From Bacteriovoracaceae bacterium (lineage in GTDB: Bacteria > Bdellovibrionota > Bacteriovoracia > Bacteriovoracales > Bacteriovoracaceae), in assembly GCA_049599895.1 (NCBI GenBank), contig JBMYPC010000018.1, forward strand, positions 1 through 32,289: a stretch of 32,289 nt of DNA. Reading direction: 5' to 3'. Shown here in pieces: positions 26,191 to 32,289 of this stretch. The notes below the pieces were generated by a model, which saw only the letters and a program-made list of their open reading frames with translations, had not been told where the DNA came from and made no database searches. Each line of letters opens with the position of its first letter. Positions within the stretch are counted from its first letter, which is position 1. The translations under genes were made by a program, and so were the position numbers.

Positions 26191-29100
26191 ATGAAAAAAT
26201 CAATGTTACTCACATTATCTCTCGTAGCCTCGACTTTTGCGCCACATGTTTTAGCTCAAAGCATCCCTGACGACATTAACGTTCCTAAGTACAAATCAAT
26301 TTACGATCACGCCGCCCAGACTTCAGCTGACGCTAGGGCGAGAGCCGACATGCTTTTAAAGAAGGCCCAAGACATTGATCTTGAGATCAAGGCGAAAAAA
26401 CAAAAAGTGATTGATAACACTGATCAAGTCGCCACAAACAAAGACACTCAAAAAGTTCTTAATGATGAAATCCCAAATCTTGTTAGTGAGATCCAAGACC
26501 TCCGGCAAGAAATTGATGGTCTTGATATAAAGGTTTCTAAGCACGAATCACTAAAATCTGACTATGAAACGGAACTTGAGAAGATTGACCTTGATCTTAA
26601 CCTTAAGGTTGATGTTCTCAACAATATCAATAAAGCTCTTCAAATAACTCTAAGTGAAATTTCAACGCTTAATTCAAGTATTGATCAAACCAATGACAAT
26701 ATTAACCGGCTTCAATCACGAAGTGCTCGTCTTTATGATAGGGTCAATAAACTTGAAAGAGATAAAAGAGCCGCTAGAGCTGAAGTCGACGACCTTATTG
26801 TTAAAAAGGGCAACGTTGAAAATAGACTTCAGAATTTAAAATCAAAGAGATCGGCTCTCCAATCCCAAAAAGATGATCTTAAGGCCAAGGTTGATCGAAT
26901 CTCAGCTCGCCTAGAAAATGTATCCCTTAAAAAAGATCAAGCCCAAACAACCTTTCGCTCTATTAAAAATGAACTTAAAAAGAAAGGTGATCGAAAACAA
27001 AAACGAGAAGCTGAAGTTTCAGACATTAAACAAAAGCTTCCAGGAATGACTGACAGACTGAACCGAAATGAGCAGAAGGCCAACAAGCTTAAAACTCAAA
27101 TTGGAAGTCTTAATAGTGAAGAGACGACTCTTGCTGGAGAGATACCAAGTCTTAAATCTCGAGTTTCAAACTTATCTTCAAAACTGACCAATCTTAGAGG
27201 TCAGCTCAAGCCATTAAAAGAAAAGAAACAAGATCTTGAAGCAAGAAAAAGTAGACTTCAAGCAAAGCTTAATAAACTCAAGAACAATCCTGCTGATCAC
27301 CCCTCAATCAAAGCGAAAGTTCAAAAGGTTAAAGCTGAAATCAGCTCAGTCCAATCTGAGATTTCTTCTCTTAAGAGTAAAATCAGTCGAGTGAAGTCAT
27401 CACTTGATTCAAAAGTTTCGACAAAGAATCAGCACGAATCAAAGATCAGCTCACTTGATTCTGAAATTCAATCAAAACAAAATGAATTAAGACAAAACCA
27501 AAACAACCTTCCTTCACTTCAACAAGAACTTAATTCTGAGAAATCAAAACTTAGTAACTTCCAGTCAAAGCTTCAAGCTGCAACAGCAAAAGTTAATGAT
27601 CTAAAGCCTAAGGTTGATAAGGCCAGAGCAACCAAATCCCAACTTGAAGGAAAGCTAAGACCTCTTAAGTCACAACAACAAAGACTTGCAAGCACAATCA
27701 GCAATACAAAAAGTAAAATTGCTGAAATCGAAGGACAAAACCCGAACGATAGAAGACTTCCAAGACTTAAGACTCGTCTCGCAAAAGCCGAGCAGAAAAA
27801 GACCAATGTTGATTCTCAAATTAGTGACATTGAACCCAAACTTGCGAATGCAAAACAAAGACTTAGTAATTTACAACCTAAGCTTAGCGATGCTCAAAGT
27901 AAAAAGTCGAACTTTGCTTCTAAAGTAAGCTCATCGAAGTCCAAAGTTTCTTCTTTACAGCAAAAAGTGAATAACTTCTCTTCTTATATCGCAGAACTTA
28001 AAAGTTCGATTCAATCGAAGAAAAGTAAAAAGAGTCAACTCAGCTCTGCCGTTCAATCTTTAAAGCCACAAATCAAATCTTTAAGAGACAACTTAAAAGC
28101 AGAGAAATCAAAGCTTGATAGTGAGAAATCCAAACTTTCAAGTCTTCAAACAAAACTTTCTAACATTCTCGCAACTCCTGCCAACGACCCTCAAGTTCGT
28201 GCAGAGATCGCAGAGCTTAAAAGAAAGATTCAAGATCTAAGTGGAAAAATTGCCAGTGTTCAATCTCAAATCGCGCCCCTTCAATCACAGGTTGCTGACG
28301 TCAAATCAAAGAAAGACAATGCTGAGTCTAGACTTTCTAAAAAGCAAAGTAAGCTTTCAAAAGTTCGCTCAGACCTTAGGGCAGCAAAATCTTCTCTAAA
28401 AGATGCCAGAGGTAAAATTAAAGATCTTAAAGCAAAGATCGAAAACTCAACAAACACTCTTGCAGACAATATGGATAAGATCCAAAAGCTTTCACAGAGA
28501 CTTTCAAAGCTAAAGTCGGATCTTCCCGGTGCAAAAGCTGAACTTGATCGAGCTGTCTCACAATTTCAAAAAGTTTCTTCGAATCTCGAAGTTAAGCTTT
28601 CTGAACTTAGAGACGTTCGAAAAGAACTTAAAGATACGAAAGATCGTCTTGACCAGGCTCAAACGAGATACAATCGAATTTCAAACCGTATTCCAGAGCT
28701 GAGAAGATTTATCAAGGACACGCGAGAGCAAATCCGTCTTGATAATATAGATCTCGCAAACATCAACGATGACCTTAACCAACTTGGAAGAATTCTTAAT
28801 GACTACGAAGCTAAGTTGGACTACCAAATTTCAAAGAGAAACAATCTTGAAGATCAAAAAAGATCTCAAACAATTCTTGTTGAAAGAGCTGAAGCACAGT
28901 ACGAAGCTCAAAAGAACCTCGTTGATGAGCAAGATTCAATCCTTAGATCACTCTACAGTGAAATTCACACTCGTGAAGATCAAATTCAAAACAACCAAAG
29001 CACTATTACTTATAACAAAAATAAGATTGATGAGCTTAAAGAAGAAAATGACAACCTTGCTTCTGAAATTTCAAGTATCAACGCTGAACTTCCGAATCTT

Positions 29101-30954
29101 AAGAACCAGTCACCTGTCGCTTGGAGTGAGTTTAAAAGAGCTGACGATAAAGCTACTGGCTTGGAAGCTGACACCGCTGAAAAACTTAAAAAACTCACTG
29201 AAACTCAAACTCGTTACACTTTTCAGTATAACGAAGCCGTTGCAGCAGGTGTTTCTCAAGGTGAACAATTTGGTGAAACTGAAGGTTCAACCACAGGAGA
29301 GCAAAAAGGTGCTCTTGCAGGGCAGGCCGACGGATCTGATCTTGGGATGAAAGTTGGTGTTCTTTTTGGTTATAAAGAAGGACTTCTTCTTGGAATGGAA
29401 GAAGGAAAGAAAAAAGGTTACGCCAATGGCCTAAACGCTCCTCAAAACTACCAAACAGGCTTTGATAAAGGATACAAGCAAGGTGAAGTTGATGCTTTAG
29501 CTTACGCGAAGGAAAACTCTTATCCTAAGGGACAAGCCGATCAAAAAGCTCTTCTTCTTTCAACTCTTCCCACTAATAAAATTGAATTCTCAAATAATGG
29601 TGGAACGACAAACTTTAATGTTCTAGCTGAAGATCAAGTTGTCTTTAACCAAGCAGGAATTGAAGATGCTCCAACAAATGCAGGATTTGATTTTGAAGAT
29701 CAGCTTGTAGGAGATGAGACCCAAGAAGAGATCAAAGTGAAAAAGAAGGCCTTCTCACTTTCGACTCAAGTCGCTGCACTTGAAAAAGCTCTTGCTGGAG
29801 CCATTGAAGACGCTGGAAAAGGAATCGTCATCAACATTCAAGCAGATCCATCTCAAGCGGACTGTGCAAGAGGTTATGATTATTTCAACACCCTCTGTCT
29901 TGATAACTTTAAAAAGTCGTTTGTTGACACCTACACTGATAGCTACAGAAGCGCTTACAAAGTTTCTTATGTCGACACAATTGAAAGTTCGTATGACTCT
30001 TCTTTCGCTGATCACAAATCAGACAAGGCCCAAACAGGGTTTGATGAAGCTTACGCTCCTGTCTTTGCGGCATGGGATACGATTGGTGCTGAAGAGGCCA
30101 TGAGTACTGGCTACTCTGATGGAAAAACGAAAGGCTATAACGACTACATTGGTCAGTTTGAAAATGAGCAGTATAAAAAAGGTCAACAGAATGTGAATAA
30201 CTTCTTTACCAACAACGCTGTTCTTAGGGTGAAAGACTTTAGCCTCGAATCAACTGATGGAACTTTAATTCCTGGATCAAAACTTGCTCTTAACATGAAG
30301 GCGGTAAACTTTGGTGGAGTTGCTTCGACAAGAGGTCAAATCAAAGTCAGTGTTCAGTCTCGAAACTCAAACTTAGTTGTGAGCAATCGAGGAGCCACTC
30401 CGATCCAAGGGTTCTCTAAAAAGACTCAAGCGAAAGTTAAAGACATCCACACTGTCACAATCGCAAGCCACGTAAGAATGGGTGATACTCTTGCATTAAC
30501 GGCAACAGCAACTCTTCCAAATGGCGAAACAGTTTCAAAAGAGATTAATCTCAAGGCGCAGCAACACATTGGAGCAAACCTTGCAATCTCAGGAGATACA
30601 GAACCAAGAATCTGTGTCAGAAGAAACTGCAACTCTCGATTTGGTAGAAGAGGACGTGGAAATGCAACCAAGAAAACTCATAAGTTAAAGGTTAACATTG
30701 CCAATAAGTCTAAAACTGTTCTCGATACTCCCTTTAGAGTTGTCTTAACAAGTGATAATAGCGAAATTGATATCAACAAGAGATCAATTACAACTGAAGT
30801 CTACGGAAGAAAGCTTTCTGGACAAGTTGAGTTTAGCTACAAGATCAAAGACAAGAGACTTAAAGGACGAAGAGTGACTCTTACAGCGAAGATCTATTAC
30901 GGAAATGATTCAACAGCACTCGATCAGGAATCGTTTACCATCGTTCCAAGATAA
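26191..30954 (+). CDS. Large secreted coiled-coil protein with GxxxG repeats and C-terminal beta-rich domains
   Basis: Signal peptide ending VLA; about 950 aa of heptad-like sequence; G-x3-G array; no Walker motifs; GAGGGGG SD. Confidence 0.85.
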   Translation: MKKSMLLTLSLVASTFAPHVLAQSIPDDINVPKYKSIYDHAAQTSADARARADMLLKKAQDIDLEIKAKKQKVIDNTDQVATNKDTQKVLNDEIPNLVSEIQDLRQEIDGLDIKVSKHESLKSDYETELEKIDLDLNLKVDVLNNINKALQITLSEISTLNSSIDQTNDNINRLQSRSARLYDRVNKLERDKRAARAEVDDLIVKKGNVENRLQNLKSKRSALQSQKDDLKAKVDRISARLENVSLKKDQAQTTFRSIKNELKKKGDRKQKREAEVSDIKQKLPGMTDRLNRNEQKANKLKTQIGSLNSEETTLAGEIPSLKSRVSNLSSKLTNLRGQLKPLKEKKQDLEARKSRLQAKLNKLKNNPADHPSIKAKVQKVKAEISSVQSEISSLKSKISRVKSSLDSKVSTKNQHESKISSLDSEIQSKQNELRQNQNNLPSLQQELNSEKSKLSNFQSKLQAATAKVNDLKPKVDKARATKSQLEGKLRPLKSQQQRLASTISNTKSKIAEIEGQNPNDRRLPRLKTRLAKAEQKKTNVDSQISDIEPKLANAKQRLSNLQPKLSDAQSKKSNFASKVSSSKSKVSSLQQKVNNFSSYIAELKSSIQSKKSKKSQLSSAVQSLKPQIKSLRDNLKAEKSKLDSEKSKLSSLQTKLSNILATPANDPQVRAEIAELKRKIQDLSGKIASVQSQIAPLQSQVADVKSKKDNAESRLSKKQSKLSKVRSDLRAAKSSLKDARGKIKDLKAKIENSTNTLADNMDKIQKLSQRLSKLKSDLPGAKAELDRAVSQFQKVSSNLEVKLSELRDVRKELKDTKDRLDQAQTRYNRISNRIPELRRFIKDTREQIRLDNIDLANINDDLNQLGRILNDYEAKLDYQISKRNNLEDQKRSQTILVERAEAQYEAQKNLVDEQDSILRSLYSEIHTREDQIQNNQSTITYNKNKIDELKEENDNLASEISSINAELPNLKNQSPVAWSEFKRADDKATGLEADTAEKLKKLTETQTRYTFQYNEAVAAGVSQGEQFGETEGSTTGEQKGALAGQADGSDLGMKVGVLFGYKEGLLLGMEEGKKKGYANGLNAPQNYQTGFDKGYKQGEVDALAYAKENSYPKGQADQKALLLSTLPTNKIEFSNNGGTTNFNVLAEDQVVFNQAGIEDAPTNAGFDFEDQLVGDETQEEIKVKKKAFSLSTQVAALEKALAGAIEDAGKGIVINIQADPSQADCARGYDYFNTLCLDNFKKSFVDTYTDSYRSAYKVSYVDTIESSYDSSFADHKSDKAQTGFDEAYAPVFAAWDTIGAEEAMSTGYSDGKTKGYNDYIGQFENEQYKKGQQNVNNFFTNNAVLRVKDFSLESTDGTLIPGSKLALNMKAVNFGGVASTRGQIKVSVQSRNSNLVVSNRGATPIQGFSKKTQAKVKDIHTVTIASHVRMGDTLALTATATLPNGETVSKEINLKAQQHIGANLAISGDTEPRICVRRNCNSRFGRRGRGNATKKTHKLKVNIANKSKTVLDTPFRVVLTSDNSEIDINKRSITTEVYGRKLSGQVEFSYKIKDKRLKGRRVTLTAKIYYGNDSTALDQESFTIVPR

Positions 30955-30977
30955 ATTAATCTAAAAAGGTTATTTTC

Positions 30978-31004
30978 AAAGGCCCTCAAACGAGGGCCTT
31001 TTTT
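30978..31004. terminator. Bidirectional intrinsic terminator
   Basis: AAAGGCCCTC-AAAC-GAGGGCCTTT-TTT between convergent genes. Confidence 0.88.
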
Positions 31005-31008
31005 ATTT

Positions 31009-31974
31009 CTAAAATAAGTATTGCCAACCAAGCATATACTGAGAGCTTTGAAGCATCTGTGGCCCGTGAAGATTTTGAACAACAACTTGTCCATACTCAA
31101 GAGCGAGTCTTTGGCCTAAGAAACTAAAGTTAAATCCCACAAAAGCATTAAGCCAATTTCCACCCCAGTTTTCGGTATTAGCAGTAGGATTCATGGCGGG
31201 CATAACAGAGAGCCCTTTATCTTTTCCTTCTATATTATCTCGCCATTTCCAGTTTAGTCGAAATGATGTACTCACCCATTCAGCAAGTCCCACAGCAAAC
31301 CAAGTATTAAAAAGAAATTCATTTCCCAATCGATACTCTTCAGCGTTCTTCCCCGTTCGAATAAGATAATCGGCTTGAACACCAGTGCTAATTTTTGAGC
31401 CTTGATAAACATAAGTGAGGGCAAGGGAAGGATCCCATGTTCCTGATCCAATCTGCATAGGATACGGAAGTCTCGTCTCACCCATTCCGGGAATCTCATC
31501 ATTTTCTTTAATACTTCCAGTGGGAACACTCATTCCGAATCTCCCAATAAGGCGATGAGATGAGCTTGAAAGAAAATCATAAAGAGTTGAAAGTTTAAGA
31601 TCTCCCTGGGCTTTTGATTCGGTTTCAAAACTCACGTCAGTCATTGCATTGTAGAGATCCATGGAACGCTTCACATAGCTTCCCATAAACATGAACGTCA
31701 GGTTGTCGGTGATACCATACATCCCCCCAAGCATGGTCATTTGTGAATCCATTTCTCTTGGTTTAATTCTCTGAGAGTATTCACCATCACCAAGTATATT
31801 CGTGCTTGTTCCCATCTCCTCCATCATCATGCCCATTTGACGAAGACTGATCATAAATTCACCTTGACCATGAACGTGATCACCCATTACGCCAATAGGA
31901 GCATGAGACAAGGGAGAAGCTGAGACTGAAAAATGAAAACTTAAAACAAGTAAAAGAAAAAAGAGAGACTTCAT
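31009..31974 (-). CDS. Putative outer-membrane beta-barrel transporter with a His/Met-rich N-terminus
   Basis: Signal peptide, HAPIGVMGDHVH, QMGMMMEEMG, PMQIGSGTWD, amphipathic strands, terminal WQYLF. Confidence 0.75.
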   Translation of the reverse strand: MKSLFFLLLVLSFHFSVSASPLSHAPIGVMGDHVHGQGEFMISLRQMGMMMEEMGTSTNILGDGEYSQRIKPREMDSQMTMLGGMYGITDNLTFMFMGSYVKRSMDLYNAMTDVSFETESKAQGDLKLSTLYDFLSSSSHRLIGRFGMSVPTGSIKENDEIPGMGETRLPYPMQIGSGTWDPSLALTYVYQGSKISTGVQADYLIRTGKNAEEYRLGNEFLFNTWFAVGLAEWVSTSFRLNWKWRDNIEGKDKGLSVMPAMNPTANTENWGGNWLNAFVGFNFSFLGQRLALEYGQVVVQNLHGPQMLQSSQYMLGWQYLF

Positions 31975-32043
31975 ATGATTATCGATCCTTGATTGAATTT
32001 GATTATTTCTAGATTAGGAAATTTTGAAAATCAGACAAGGAAA

Positions 32044-32061
32044 ATATAGGGAGGGGGGTAT
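32044..32061 (-). promoter_or_regulatory. Candidate CsoR/RcnR-type operator
   Basis: ATATAGGGAGGGGGGTAT: a G tract flanked by AT-rich inverted ends, lying between the repressor gene and the OM protein gene. Confidence 0.55.
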
Positions 32062-32067
32062 CGTAAA

Positions 32068-32289
32068 CTAGCGATTATTTTTAAGAATGGTCATCACTTC
32101 GTCAATCTTGGCGTCAACTTCATCTGGATTTCCCTTTTCGATTGCGGTTTTAACGCAGTTTCTAAAATGGCCTTCAAGAACTGAAACTTCAAAGCTCTGA
32201 AGGGCATGGCGAATGGACTTTGACCTGTGGACGATATTGATACAGTATTTTTGATCTTCAACAAGATTGATGATGTTTTGAAGCTGGCC
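32068..32289 (-). CDS. CsoR/RcnR family metal-sensing repressor, 5'-truncated by the window edge
   Basis: Manual translation ...GQLQNIINLVEDQKYCINIV...VLEGHFRNCVKTAIEKG...NR*; Cys...His-x3-Cys ligand set. Confidence 0.85.
   Translation of the reverse strand, partial: GQLQNIINLVEDQKYCINIVHRSKSIRHALQSFEVSVLEGHFRNCVKTAIEKGNPDEVDAKIDEVMTILKNNR

Noticed and set aside
26191..30954. SMC/Rad50 chromosome segregation protein
   Set aside because: It has a signal peptide and lacks Walker A/B, signature, hinge and zinc-hook motifs.
2227..31529. Numerous 60-193 aa ORFs nested in or antisense to the called genes (e.g. 28769-29350, 3976-4314, 22004-22387)
   Set aside because: Shadow frames of well-supported genes with no motifs or translation signals.

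Overview
AT-rich bacterial chromosome segment. A Bdellovibrionota (Bacteriovoracaceae/Halobacteriovorax-like) origin is inferred from gene style and content and is not verified. There are three blocks. (1) 0.77-8.1 kb, minus strand: a heme-copper oxidase operon (ctaA-ctaB fusion, subunits II, I and III, a diheme c lipoprotein, an atypical SCO, subunit IV and an unannotated 55-aa membrane peptide). Its subunit I has every A1-family metal ligand and the D-channel residues but Phe in place of the K-channel Lys. (2) 8.3-16.3 kb: all five genes for Trp-to-quinolinate kynurenine metabolism (kynA, kynB, kmo, kynU, nbaC). Interspersed are an 83-aa Lrp/AsnC-type ligand-binding domain with 12 Trp, a 67-bp duplication with long hairpins, and a wHTH + nucleotidyltransferase pair coupled to the front of kynU-kmo. 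(3) 16.3-25.8 kb: a b6f-like split Rieske/cytochrome b complex (heme ci Cys, APWY Qo motif) with an octaheme cytochrome c, a second oxidase subunit III, a CxxC peptide, DUF420, a methyltransferase and a HEAT-repeat protein. The window ends with a 1587-aa secreted coiled-coil protein behind a candidate sigma54 promoter, and a CsoR-family repressor with a candidate operator ahead of a His/Met-rich outer-membrane protein. No rRNA, tRNA, CRISPR array or transposase was recognised.
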